From Litorimonas sp. WD9-15 (GTDB lineage: Bacteria > Pseudomonadota > Alphaproteobacteria > Caulobacterales > Maricaulaceae): 64,000 nucleotides of DNA. The stretch covers positions 2,282,551 to 2,346,550 of the forward strand of contig NZ_CP189850.1 in NCBI RefSeq assembly GCF_050271975.1, given 5' to 3'. The notes beneath the pieces are model-generated. The model worked only from the letters and a program-made list of their open reading frames with translations. It did not search any database and was not told where the DNA came from. Made by a program: the position numbers and the translations under genes. Numbering within the stretch: position 1 is the stretch's first letter; each line of letters begins with the position of its first letter. Below, one piece after another: positions 39,733 through 49,264 of the stretch.

Positions 39733-41090
39733 GACTTTTTCTTCTGTTTTAGCTTTTCTTGAACAGCGCGGAAACGTGCGCCCCAGCCATCCTTATTAAC
39801 TTGTTTCGACCGCGCGAGCGCAAGCGCATCATCAGGTACATTCTCGGTCACGACTCCGCCGGAGCCGAGAAATGCGCCAGCACCGATTGTAACGGGCGCG
39901 ACAAGCGAACTGTTCGAACCGACAAAGGCCCCGTCTCCAATGATGGTCTTATGCTTGTTATATCCATCATAATTGCAAGTAATCGTGCCTGCGCCGACAT
40001 TGACACCCTCGCCCAATTCCGCATCACCAACATAGGAAAGGTGATTGATTTTACTGCCTTTTCCGACAATAGCTTTCTTCGTTTCCACGAAGTTTCCAAC
40101 TTTCGTATTTTCCGCCAAATGCGTTCCGGGACGGAGGCGGGCAAATGGTCCGATCTGCGCATTCTCTCCAATGTCTGTACCTTCAATATGGCAGAAACTA
40201 TGGATTGTCGCGCCCGAATGGACGGTAACACCCGGACCAAAGACGACATTCGCATCAATGCTGACATCCGGTTCAATCATTGTATCATAGGCGAAGAAGA
40301 CGGTCTCAGGATGTTTCAAACTCACACCACTACGCATAGCGTTCTCGCGCATAACGGTTTGAAATGCTGCCTCTGCACGCGCGAGATCAGTCCGGTCATT
40401 GACACCGAGCACTTCGGTTTCCGGCGCATGAACGACTGTGGCGGCTTTTTTTTCTCCGCGCAGAATTTCTACGATATCTGTGAGATAATATTCGCCCTTG
40501 GCATTGTCATTTGTGACACGGTCACAAGCCCCAAAAAGATCAGCGGCAGACGCCGCCAAAACGCCCGAATTACAAATCCCTATCTTTAATTGCTCAGGTG
40601 AAGCCTCTTTCGCCTCAACGATGGCGTGGAGGTCATTTCCGTCCACGACCAAACGGCCATAGGCGGCAGGATCTTCCGGTTCAAACCCAAGGACGGCGAG
40701 AGAATGAGTCTCAAACGCTTTGAACACGCCCTCTAGGGTCGGAACAGAAATTAACGGCGTATCCGCATAGAGCACGACAACATGACCGTCGAAATCCCGC
40801 AGGGCCTCCTTCGCACATTGCACGGCGTGGCCCGTCCCCATCTGCGGTTCCTGAATAGCAATATCGAGACCGAGGTCGCGTGCGGCAGCTTGGACATCCA
40901 CATTGCCCTCCCCGACAACACAGACAATCCGTTCAATCCCCGCATCACGGGCCAGCGATGTCACCCAGTTCAACATGGGGCGCCCGCCCACAGGATGTAG
41001 GACTTTCGAGCGAGCGGATTTCATCCGCGTGCTTTTCCCAGCGGCAAGAATGATGGCGGCGCGTTTAGTTGCAGTGTTCATAGGACTCAT
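39729..41090 (-). CDS. glmU: bifunctional UDP-N-acetylglucosamine pyrophosphorylase / glucosamine-1-phosphate N-acetyltransferase
   Basis: 453 aa; N-terminal AIILAAGKSTRMKS nucleotidyltransferase motif, C-terminal left-handed beta-helix hexapeptide repeats. Confidence 0.9.
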   Translation of the reverse strand: MSPMNTATKRAAIILAAGKSTRMKSARSKVLHPVGGRPMLNWVTSLARDAGIERIVCVVGEGNVDVQAAARDLGLDIAIQEPQMGTGHAVQCAKEALRDFDGHVVVLYADTPLISVPTLEGVFKAFETHSLAVLGFEPEDPAAYGRLVVDGNDLHAIVEAKEASPEQLKIGICNSGVLAASAADLFGACDRVTNDNAKGEYYLTDIVEILRGEKKAATVVHAPETEVLGVNDRTDLARAEAAFQTVMRENAMRSGVSLKHPETVFFAYDTMIEPDVSIDANVVFGPGVTVHSGATIHSFCHIEGTDIGENAQIGPFARLRPGTHLAENTKVGNFVETKKAIVGKGSKINHLSYVGDAELGEGVNVGAGTITCNYDGYNKHKTIIGDGAFVGSNSSLVAPVTIGAGAFLGSGGVVTENVPDDALALARSKQVNKDGWGARFRAVQEKLKQKKKS

Positions 41091-41158
41091 CTAATCGGAA
41101 TTTCTTAGTGGAGCTAGCGTATCGCGCGACAGACCGCACGGATTTTCGAAAGCTAAAT

Positions 41159-41857
41159 ATGCAAAAACTGCCTGCGCCCCTTTTATCAGGTCTCAGCATC
41201 GCTTTTGATCTCGACGGGACTCTTGTCGAAACAGCGCCAGACCTCGTTCGGGTGACGAGTGAAGTCATTGCGACACGTGGACACGGACCTGTTAACTACA
41301 AACTCGCCCGGGCAGAAGTCGGATATGGTTCACGTAAAATGCTGCGCACGGCTTTGAACGCCGTTGGCGATCAGGTGAACGAAGCCGATATGGATGATTT
41401 GCAAGCGCTGTTCCTAAAACTCTACGCCGACAGCCTCGACCACCTCTCGCATCCTTTTCCCGGCGTTGAAGAGACGCTCATCACATTAAATGCGCTGGGC
41501 GCAGAACTCTCAGTCTGTACAAACAAACCCGGCTGGCTCGCCCGACCCTTAATGGAAAAGCTCAACCTAAGTCGTCACTTCGTAAGAATTATTGGGGGAG
41601 ATGATGTCCCACGCAAGAAACCGGATGCGGATCATATTTTCGCGGCCGTGGGGCACCGCAACAGTTGTCGCATCATCATGGTCGGGGATAGTTGGCCGGA
41701 TATGCGGTCCGCGCAAAATGCTAAGGCTTTTCCGATCCTTATGACCTATGGCTATACGCCCTTACCCCAAATACGATTAAGGGCCGGATCACGATTATCG
41801 CGGTTTCGCGATATCGTGCCGACCCTTCAAGCCCGCATATCTGCAGGCCGAATTTAG
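41159..41857 (+). CDS. gph: HAD-superfamily hydrolase, phosphoglycolate phosphatase-like
   Basis: Start at MQKLPAPL; motif I FDLDGTLVET, motif III K, motif IV GDSWPD. Confidence 0.7.
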   Translation: MQKLPAPLLSGLSIAFDLDGTLVETAPDLVRVTSEVIATRGHGPVNYKLARAEVGYGSRKMLRTALNAVGDQVNEADMDDLQALFLKLYADSLDHLSHPFPGVEETLITLNALGAELSVCTNKPGWLARPLMEKLNLSRHFVRIIGGDDVPRKKPDADHIFAAVGHRNSCRIIMVGDSWPDMRSAQNAKAFPILMTYGYTPLPQIRLRAGSRLSRFRDIVPTLQARISAGRI

Positions 41858-41863
41858 TTCGAT

Positions 41864-42064
41864 TTAACCGAAATTTTCAGTCGAATTCGTTGGAACGCCG
41901 TTCACGAGGTTAGAGCGGACATCTGTCCGCGCGGAGCGCATGGAGGCTAAAAATCCACCTTGTATCAGGTTCACACGGACATCATGTCCACGTTCCGCCC
42001 AATAGGCTTCGATTTGCTCTTTCAAGCGTTCTGCGCCTTCGCGCGTGCAATAATCACCTTTCAT
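41864..42064 (-). CDS. small hypothetical protein (66 aa)
   Basis: ORF MKGDYCTREGAERLKEQIEAYWAERGHDVRV...; no family recognised. Confidence 0.3.
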   Translation of the reverse strand: MKGDYCTREGAERLKEQIEAYWAERGHDVRVNLIQGGFLASMRSARTDVRSNLVNGVPTNSTENFG

Positions 42065-42480
42065 AACAAGGCCCTTTTTTATGTTAGCAGCGGGTCAATC
42101 TGACCGCGCCCGCGTTTGTTACTTCCCTTACCAATAAAGTAAGAAGCCTCAGTTCGTATTCAATCCGAATTATAGGGTTTTCTTATAAAAATTGGTAATC
42201 TTCGCGGAAACTGCGTTTAACATGCAAGTCCGCATTGACTTGCGGGGCTATAACTCTGGCGGGCTTTTTTGCAAGTGAATAACAGTGAATATTATCATTC
42301 AAACCTAAATAAATTTGAATATTAATAAATAACTTCTTCTGAATTCTAGCCCGAGATTACCGAGATAAAAGCGCAAGAATTTAACGGGCGATCATATCTT
42401 TATCGAACGGATTATCGAAAAGACGCAATCCAAATTTTCGAAAAATCGATTGGCCACATTACTGCCCTTATTGACCCGCC

Positions 42481-43290
42481 TTAACCCGCTGGGTCGCTCA
42501 TCGCTTCCATATTGGCATCGGCTTGTTTGATTGCCGCTTCCAGGCGTTCTTCAGCCGTTTGTAGGTTCTTCTTCGGATCCTGATAAAAGGCCGTGAGCTT
42601 CATAATGTTGAGAAACGTCTTGTTCAGCACGCGACCGCCTAGCTTCATTGGACGGTCGAAATCGAATAAGAGAATGACGCGCTCTTCGTCGGTGTCGTTC
42701 CAGACCTCGTGCTCATAGGTGTCGTCAAACACAAAAATCTCCCCCTCTTTCCACGGCGTGATCGTATCATCGACGCGAATGCGACACTGCTCACGATCCT
42801 TTGGGATGATGAGCCCGAGATGGGAGCGCAGAATACCCTTGGTCACACCTTTATGGGCGGGAATATGATATCCGGGCGCGAGGATAGAGAACATGGCCGT
42901 CTGAAGATTCGGCACTTTTTCGAGAATATCAGAGGTTTTCGGCGCTAGTGCCGCATTTTTCTCCAACCGTTGACCAAATCCGAACAGCACGAATGTTTTC
43001 CAGTTATTCTCTGTTGAGAGACGGTACTGGTCCGGCGAGACTTCGTGAAATGTCGGAATGGCATCGCGGAATTTCAGGACCTCACGCGCTTCCACCTGAA
43101 TGGTTTCCCAATTCTCAGTGAAATCCTTCAGGAATGGGAAGTGATCATTCGCGATCTTGGGCGTGTCGGGCACTTTAGATTGTCCACTTTGAAACTTCGC
43201 AATTTTGCGCACGAGTTTCTTGCCATTCCGTTTGACGAAAGCCCGGCGTGGGTTGGTCAGATGTTTGGGTTTCTCAACAGGTGTAGCCAT
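42481..43290 (-). CDS. aspartyl/asparaginyl beta-hydroxylase family 2-oxoglutarate/Fe(II) oxygenase (LpxO-like)
   Basis: Start at MATPVEKPK; C-terminal HKGVTKGILRSHLGLIIP...FDDTYEHEVWN 2-His-1-carboxylate pattern. Confidence 0.7.
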   Translation of the reverse strand: MATPVEKPKHLTNPRRAFVKRNGKKLVRKIAKFQSGQSKVPDTPKIANDHFPFLKDFTENWETIQVEAREVLKFRDAIPTFHEVSPDQYRLSTENNWKTFVLFGFGQRLEKNAALAPKTSDILEKVPNLQTAMFSILAPGYHIPAHKGVTKGILRSHLGLIIPKDREQCRIRVDDTITPWKEGEIFVFDDTYEHEVWNDTDEERVILLFDFDRPMKLGGRVLNKTFLNIMKLTAFYQDPKKNLQTAEERLEAAIKQADANMEAMSDPAG

Positions 43291-43301
43291 AATTTGGCGC
43301 T

Positions 43302-44522
43302 TTACCCCTGCGCGCGTTCTTCGTCCACCATGTAATCCCGCGTGACGGGCAGCGCATGCACATCCTTTGTCAGCTGGATTTGGAAATTCATATGTTTGCC
43401 GAGTTGGAATGAGAGCTCCGAGATGGAGAGGTAAAATTCCCACATGCGGAAGAATTCTTCCCCCATCATCTCAACGATTTCGGCCTTTTGCGCCTGACAG
43501 CGCTTATTCCACTCAGCCAGCGTGTAGGCGTAATGAAGGCGCAGGATTTCACAATCCGAGACCCAGAGTCCCGCCTTCTCAATTTCAGCAAATGTTTCGG
43601 ATAAGGCAGGAGAATATCCACCCGGGAAAATATATTTTCGGATCCACGCACCGGTCGTGCCGGGACCACCCTTCCGGCCAATCGAATGCACAAGAGCGAC
43701 GCCCTCATCCGTTAGCAATTCACGTATCGTCTCAAAATATTCGGCAAAATGCCCGATCCCAACATGTTCGAACATTCCGACAGACACGATGCGGTCAAAA
43801 GGGCCTTCAACATCGCGGTAATCCTGCAATCGGATATCGACGAGATCTTCGAGGCCAGCGTCTTTCACCCGCTCTATTGCGAGGCTGTGCTGTTGAGTCG
43901 ACAGTGTAACGCCCACGACTTTGACGCCGTGTTCTTTCGCAAGATGCATTGCCATGCCGCCCCAGCCACACCCGATATCCAATACGCGCTGCCCGGCTTT
44001 CAGGTCCAATTTCGCCGCGATATGGCGCTTCTTGGCGAGTTGCGCCTCTTCCAGTGTCATGTCTGGGTCAGAGAAATAGGCGCAGCTATATTGCATGTCC
44101 TCGTCGAGGAACATTTTATACAGCTCGTTCGAAATATCGTAATGCGCCTTGACATTGGCCGAGCTGGCCGCGCGCGGATTGCGTTGATGCCAGCGTTTGA
44201 TTTTCTTATTCCACGCTTTGACTTTCGACCGAATAGGCCCTTTGCGGAGGCCGTCACGATTATTTGCGAAGACAGTCAGGAAATCATGGATCGTACAGTC
44301 GACCATTTCCAAACGGCCATCCATATAGGCTTCGCCCGCCACAAGTTCTGGGTTCTTCACTAACGCCATTGGAAGCGCAGTATCATTGATTTTGATTGTG
44401 GCCGATGGCTCTCCGCCTGACCCATAGGTGGTGGACGTGCCGTCAGGCAATATAACGGTCAATGCACCCTTCGATACGAAGCGCTGCATGACTTTATCTA
44501 ATAGAGTAGTACCGAGTCCCAT
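43302..44522 (-). CDS. cfa: cyclopropane-fatty-acyl-phospholipid synthase
   Basis: 406 aa; SAM motif VLDIGCGWGGMAMHLA and CFA family pattern ...VSVGMFEHVG. Confidence 0.9.
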   Translation of the reverse strand: MGLGTTLLDKVMQRFVSKGALTVILPDGTSTTYGSGGEPSATIKINDTALPMALVKNPELVAGEAYMDGRLEMVDCTIHDFLTVFANNRDGLRKGPIRSKVKAWNKKIKRWHQRNPRAASSANVKAHYDISNELYKMFLDEDMQYSCAYFSDPDMTLEEAQLAKKRHIAAKLDLKAGQRVLDIGCGWGGMAMHLAKEHGVKVVGVTLSTQQHSLAIERVKDAGLEDLVDIRLQDYRDVEGPFDRIVSVGMFEHVGIGHFAEYFETIRELLTDEGVALVHSIGRKGGPGTTGAWIRKYIFPGGYSPALSETFAEIEKAGLWVSDCEILRLHYAYTLAEWNKRCQAQKAEIVEMMGEEFFRMWEFYLSISELSFQLGKHMNFQIQLTKDVHALPVTRDYMVDEERAQG

Positions 44523-44564
44523 CTAAACGTTTTAGCCGAGTCTAGAGCTGACTCCAATCACGTT

Positions 44565-45320
44565 TTAGATAACAGCGAAGCGTTGACGCGCCATTTCGGA
44601 ATTTCCAAACAGCGAACGGCAGATTTCGTAATCTTCCGGCGTATCCAATTCGGACCAATCGGCACCTTTAATGTTGATTGTATCGATACGTTGTCCGGCC
44701 TGTGCCAGTCCGTGGATCGCAGACAAGAACCAGCTTTTCGTGCCGTCACGTGTCTTCATCAGGCGTTTGAGCTCATTGCGGAATGTCTTGGTACCCTCAC
44801 CCATAAAGCGAAGCATGCCGATGGATTCGCCGTCAGTTTCGGTCAATGGTAACGTCTTACCAATCGCCGTCAGACGCGGCCCATCGAGCGTGACCTTCAT
44901 GTCGTCGCCGTCATAATAACCCTTCTGGTCAATCGTGACGGCAATATGTGTTTTCGGTGCCGCAAGAATCGTTTGGAGCAATTCCGGTGAGAACAGCGTA
45001 TCGCCGTTAATGAGAAGGAAATCTTTCTTCATCGACTTTCGTGCCATCCAGCAAGAAGCCAGATTATCTGCAACTTGGAAGAAAGGGTTATAAAGCGTTT
45101 TGACCTTCGGCCCGGATTCACGCGCATCAATTTCGGCTTTGACCATGTGGCTATTAAAGCCCGTAATGACGGTCGCTGTTTTGACCCCATGTGCGAAAAG
45201 TGTGTCCAATTGCATACCCAAAACGGTCGTATTCCCGATGGGGAGAAGACATTTCGGCAAATTTGTTGTCAGCGGCAGGAGGCGTGATCCGCGGCCTGCG
45301 GCGAGAATAATAGCGTGCAT
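44565..45320 (-). CDS. small sugar/alcohol-phosphate nucleotidyltransferase (NTP_transferase family; LicC/IPCT-like)
   Basis: 251 aa; MHAIILAAGRGSRLLPLT...PKCLLPI signature G-rich loop of nucleotidyltransferases. Confidence 0.7.
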   Translation of the reverse strand: MHAIILAAGRGSRLLPLTTNLPKCLLPIGNTTVLGMQLDTLFAHGVKTATVITGFNSHMVKAEIDARESGPKVKTLYNPFFQVADNLASCWMARKSMKKDFLLINGDTLFSPELLQTILAAPKTHIAVTIDQKGYYDGDDMKVTLDGPRLTAIGKTLPLTETDGESIGMLRFMGEGTKTFRNELKRLMKTRDGTKSWFLSAIHGLAQAGQRIDTINIKGADWSELDTPEDYEICRSLFGNSEMARQRFAVI

Positions 45321-45349
45321 TGAAAATCCAGCCTGTATCTTTGTCTTTT

Positions 45350-46021
45350 CTACTTAGACCAATCAACGGTTTCAAAACCATGAATGGCCGCCTCGCGAGT
45401 GAGTTTCGCATCAGCATTAACGGCCACGCCTTTGTCCGCAAATTTTAAAACGGGCAAGTCGGAATAACTGTCTGAGTACATAGTGATATGCGCTGCCTCA
45501 CGTTGGAAATCATCAAATGTTTCCAAACGTTTCGCCAGCATGTCCAATTTTCCGGGGCCATAGCAATTCTCGGAGCCAAAATAACGGGCGCATTTCCCGT
45601 CTTTCCACGCGAGTTTTGTACAGATCACCTCGTCAATGCCCAAGCGTTTGGCGATGGCTTCAACAACAATATCGGCTCCGGCGGAAGCTATGATAATTTT
45701 ATCCCCGGCTGCACGATGAATATCAAGCTGTCGGACAGCCCCGGGGCGGAGGCCATTTGCAATTTCGTTATCTGCAAACTTGTCGGCTAAAGCCTCCAAA
45801 ACGTCACGGCTTTGCCCAGACAGACTCCACCGTAACATACCCCGTTTGACGGAAATGCGCTCCGTTGAACCGACCTTGTAAATCAACTGTCCAAATCCGG
45901 CTCGCGCCCATAATCCAACTAGTTTCCAAGGCATTCCTTTGACAGAAAGCGAGACATACCGCCCCCACGTCCCACGGGTCGTGATCGTCTCATCCAGATC
46001 AAAAATCGCGTAACACTTCAC
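45350..46021 (-). CDS. HAD-IB subfamily phosphatase
   Basis: 223 aa; motif I FDLDETI; abuts upstream gene (46021/46022). Confidence 0.7.
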   Translation of the reverse strand: MKCYAIFDLDETITTRGTWGRYVSLSVKGMPWKLVGLWARAGFGQLIYKVGSTERISVKRGMLRWSLSGQSRDVLEALADKFADNEIANGLRPGAVRQLDIHRAAGDKIIIASAGADIVVEAIAKRLGIDEVICTKLAWKDGKCARYFGSENCYGPGKLDMLAKRLETFDDFQREAAHITMYSDSYSDLPVLKFADKGVAVNADAKLTREAAIHGFETVDWSK

Positions 46022-48529
46022 CTACGCGTCCATCCAGCTCGCGAGGGGGCGTTTGGCGAGAAGGCCCGCGATCAATGTACAGAAATTGGCGAAAATACAG
46101 ATCCAAGTCCACGCCGCAATCAGGAGGAACGCCCAATAACCTGCACCCGCAAAGACCACTGTAAGCATTATCCCGATCATCATAATGAACGTATTCGGGT
46201 TTCTTCGTGCGATGAAGAACCGAAGACCGGAATTAAAACGCGTCCAGACGTGAATATGAAATCCGTGCTGGCGCATAAAGATACCTTCAATCACGCGGTC
46301 CACGACATAGCCCACCCAAATCGCAAGCAGCGCGATAAAGAGCGGGTCGGACATTTGATACGTTCCGCCCAAACCGATCATCCACGCCCAGTACCAGAAG
46401 GGTGGATGGACGAGATCAATCCCGTGGTCATAAATATTGCCCCAATAGGAATAGGTCATGGTCGTCCGCGCCAGCTTCCCATCAACCGTGTCCAAGAAGG
46501 TCATCGTCCAGCCACACAGGAAACCCAGCGCCCAGAATTCATTCCAGAAGAACCATGTCGCCGCCAGCATCAGGAAGAAACCAACAGTCGTCACCTGATT
46601 GGGAGAAAGGCGCAGCCAAGCGCAGAACCGCGTGACATAAAAAGCCGGAACCGGCCAAAACCACTTCGTCACGAAATCGGTAATGCCTTTGTAAGAGGAC
46701 TTAAACTGACGCCGCATAATATCGAGGATAGGTGTCTCGTTCGTATCCAACACATAGGGCGCCTCCTGCTTGCGCAGGGATTTGATATAACCGTCATTCA
46801 CGTCGGAGGGGGCCGCGACAACGAAGTCTTCCCCTGCAAGTGCGTCAACCGTATTGCCGATGAAGCGCTCTGCCTCTGCCTGCGTAGCTGTAGAGAGACT
46901 GACGATCACACCGTTCTCTACGAGGGCCGTTCGTTCCGTCTTCGCAAAAGACTTGGACAGTTCTGCGGACATAATCCAGTCGACATGGTGCCAAATGCCT
47001 TGATCATTCACCTCAAGTGGAAGCGTGACATCCGCACCCGCTTTCTTGAACGCCCTGACCTGCCATTCCTTCAGGGGCAACCCCCAAATCTTGGCATCGG
47101 TTTCACCGATCAGGCCGAATCCCGGCGCTGTATTTTCCATTGCTGTTTCCGCTCCATGTGTTCGGGCTACGACTTTATCTAAAGCTTGTTTGGCAAGGAA
47201 GAGCAGAAGCCCGACCGCCACAAGATTTCCGGCAATCGCCGCCCATCCCGGTGCCATATGACCGATTGTAAAACTCAGGATGAAAAACGAAACAATATAA
47301 ACGAAAACCCCTGCCCCGCGCGCGTAAATCGCGCGTTCGGGATGATCCGTTGCATAAAGGACCGGGTAGAGAGGCGCCGCCATACCTAAGAGAGCTGCCG
47401 CAGGAACCAGTAAACTCGCAAGCGGCGCAGACTCGATATAATCCTGTGGTAGGAAAGACCCCAATAAACCACCCAAGAAGAGCCATATGAACAGGGAAAC
47501 TGTGAGGCCGAAAACCAGTAATATAACGGCTGTTTTAATGACCAGCCGCCAAATCTTGGCCGCCTCTCCCATCGTGACCATTTTCGCCAATTCCGGATAA
47601 ATAACTTGATCGAGGAGCTTAAACCCTTCGGAAAGAAGCTTCGCAATCTCTTCTGCAATGCGGTAAATCGAAACCCAACCCGCCCCGAACACTGCCATAA
47701 CAAGCAGCACTGGAAGGTGAACATTTGAAGCGGCGAGTGTCGAGTCGATATTTGCCTTAATCACGAAGGGCCAAACGCCCTTGCGCGGATTCAGAATATT
47801 CGATTTCGCCCTTAGAACAGGTTTCAACAATCGCCGTTTCCGCAGCTCAATCGCGGCGAGAAGTGGCATCGTCAGATAATCTGCCAGTGAGCCGATGAAC
47901 CAAGCAAGTAAGAAACCTTCCAGGCCCGCGCCTAATTGCGCAGCAATAACGACGCCGACAAAGCGAACCGCCGGCATAATAACGCCGTGCCACGCCAGAA
48001 CGTCAAAACGGTCAAAAAGACGGAAGACACCTATCGATGTGCCGCGATGGCGCAGGAGTAGCAGTAAGGAGTAGAAAATAACAAGTGTCTGCAATGTGCG
48101 AATATCAACAGACTGCCCGTCACGCTGGAACAGAGCTGGGAAACTTTCCGCAATGAAAACAACAAGCCAGAAACAGCAGACAGCCCCGATAAAGGCGACG
48201 ATCGCCGACAATATATCAAGCTTATAACCAAATTGCAGAAGCCGCGCGAGGCCCGTCGCATCATCATTTTTGACATCATCCATGCCAAACCGAATGATCG
48301 TTTGCCATGCCTGAAACGTCGCGAGTTGTGCGAAGAAAAGGTGATAGGCGTGAATAAAAAGGATAACACCCAAGGCCGCCACACTGAGGAATTTTGCCGC
48401 AATCAAAAGACTGCCAAGACCCAATAAGACTGACAGCACTTTTGAACCGACCATCAGCCCCGTATTGGCGGCGATACGCTTGCCGACGGAGTCAGTTGAA
48501 GCAACGGTCAGATTAGGCGATGTCATCAC
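46022..48529 (-). CDS. fusion protein: N-terminal MprF-type flippase-like polytopic domain + central soluble domain + C-terminal CDP-alcohol phosphotransferase domain
   Basis: 835 aa; ~8 TM helices in first 330 aa; C-terminal DTVDGKLARTTMTYSYWGNIYDHGID = D-G-x2-A-R-x8-G-x3-D-x3-D motif at approx 46400-46495; start overlaps upstream stop (ATGA). Confidence 0.75.
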   Translation of the reverse strand: MMTSPNLTVASTDSVGKRIAANTGLMVGSKVLSVLLGLGSLLIAAKFLSVAALGVILFIHAYHLFFAQLATFQAWQTIIRFGMDDVKNDDATGLARLLQFGYKLDILSAIVAFIGAVCCFWLVVFIAESFPALFQRDGQSVDIRTLQTLVIFYSLLLLLRHRGTSIGVFRLFDRFDVLAWHGVIMPAVRFVGVVIAAQLGAGLEGFLLAWFIGSLADYLTMPLLAAIELRKRRLLKPVLRAKSNILNPRKGVWPFVIKANIDSTLAASNVHLPVLLVMAVFGAGWVSIYRIAEEIAKLLSEGFKLLDQVIYPELAKMVTMGEAAKIWRLVIKTAVILLVFGLTVSLFIWLFLGGLLGSFLPQDYIESAPLASLLVPAAALLGMAAPLYPVLYATDHPERAIYARGAGVFVYIVSFFILSFTIGHMAPGWAAIAGNLVAVGLLLFLAKQALDKVVARTHGAETAMENTAPGFGLIGETDAKIWGLPLKEWQVRAFKKAGADVTLPLEVNDQGIWHHVDWIMSAELSKSFAKTERTALVENGVIVSLSTATQAEAERFIGNTVDALAGEDFVVAAPSDVNDGYIKSLRKQEAPYVLDTNETPILDIMRRQFKSSYKGITDFVTKWFWPVPAFYVTRFCAWLRLSPNQVTTVGFFLMLAATWFFWNEFWALGFLCGWTMTFLDTVDGKLARTTMTYSYWGNIYDHGIDLVHPPFWYWAWMIGLGGTYQMSDPLFIALLAIWVGYVVDRVIEGIFMRQHGFHIHVWTRFNSGLRFFIARRNPNTFIMMIGIMLTVVFAGAGYWAFLLIAAWTWICIFANFCTLIAGLLAKRPLASWMDA

Positions 48530-49263
48530 TGACGGTCTGCCAAAATCTGCTCAACCAGTTCGAGGTCGGACGGTTTATCAACGTCAATCGCAGCTTCGGC
48601 AAATGGGATCAGAACTGGGGCCGCCGTAATGCCGATGCGGCCTGCGGCATATTCAAAGGCGCCGCCCAAAGACAACCGCCCCGCCGCGAATTTGATCCCG
48701 ATACCGACCCCGACTTTTTTGGCCAATTTGAGCGGGTTTTTGCGCAAATGCTGAACCGACTGCCAGAATGCGATGGCTTTTAGGCCGTCCTCATTCGCAA
48801 TATAAAAGAGGTTGCACCCCGATACGGCGTAGTCAGAAAAGCGGAGATAGGTCCGTTTCGTCGTTGGATATTCAGCTTGAATAACCTCTTCTGTCGCGAG
48901 ACCAACACAAATATCTGTCCCTTCGGCCACGGCTCCGGAAACAAACGCTTCAACCATTTCGGGTGCCAGAAGCGCATGATCACAAGTCGTCACAAGGCAG
49001 GGATAGGTATCAATGTCTTCTAACCCCAAAAGGACACTATCCGCAGGTCCCTCGCCGCTGGGCACTTCTGTCAAGTCACTGCCCGAATAGCCGGAGATAT
49101 GAGGTGTCGGCATATTTGCGTCGGACAGCGCCGTACGAACACGGTCCAACATAGAAATGCCCGCCACAGAAATTTCCGCCTTGTGCGATACGCCCTTCGC
49201 CTCACAAAGCGGATCTACCACGCCTGCACGCTGCCCTGCCAAAATGAGAACGCTTGCGACCAT
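48526..49263 (-). CDS. MobA/CofC-like (NTP_transf_3) nucleotidyltransferase
   Basis: Start set at MVASVLILAGQRAG (glycine-rich NT loop); 245 aa; overlaps neighbours at both ends. Confidence 0.55.
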   Translation of the reverse strand: MVASVLILAGQRAGVVDPLCEAKGVSHKAEISVAGISMLDRVRTALSDANMPTPHISGYSGSDLTEVPSGEGPADSVLLGLEDIDTYPCLVTTCDHALLAPEMVEAFVSGAVAEGTDICVGLATEEVIQAEYPTTKRTYLRFSDYAVSGCNLFYIANEDGLKAIAFWQSVQHLRKNPLKLAKKVGVGIGIKFAAGRLSLGGAFEYAAGRIGITAAPVLIPFAEAAIDVDKPSDLELVEQILADRQ

Positions 49264-49264
49264 G

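Noticed and set aside
39759-40589. 276-aa plus-strand ORF
   Set aside because: Antisense to glmU.
46250-47182. 310-aa plus-strand ORF
   Set aside because: Antisense to the flippase/CDP-alcohol phosphotransferase fusion gene; Arg/Pro-rich nonsense translation.
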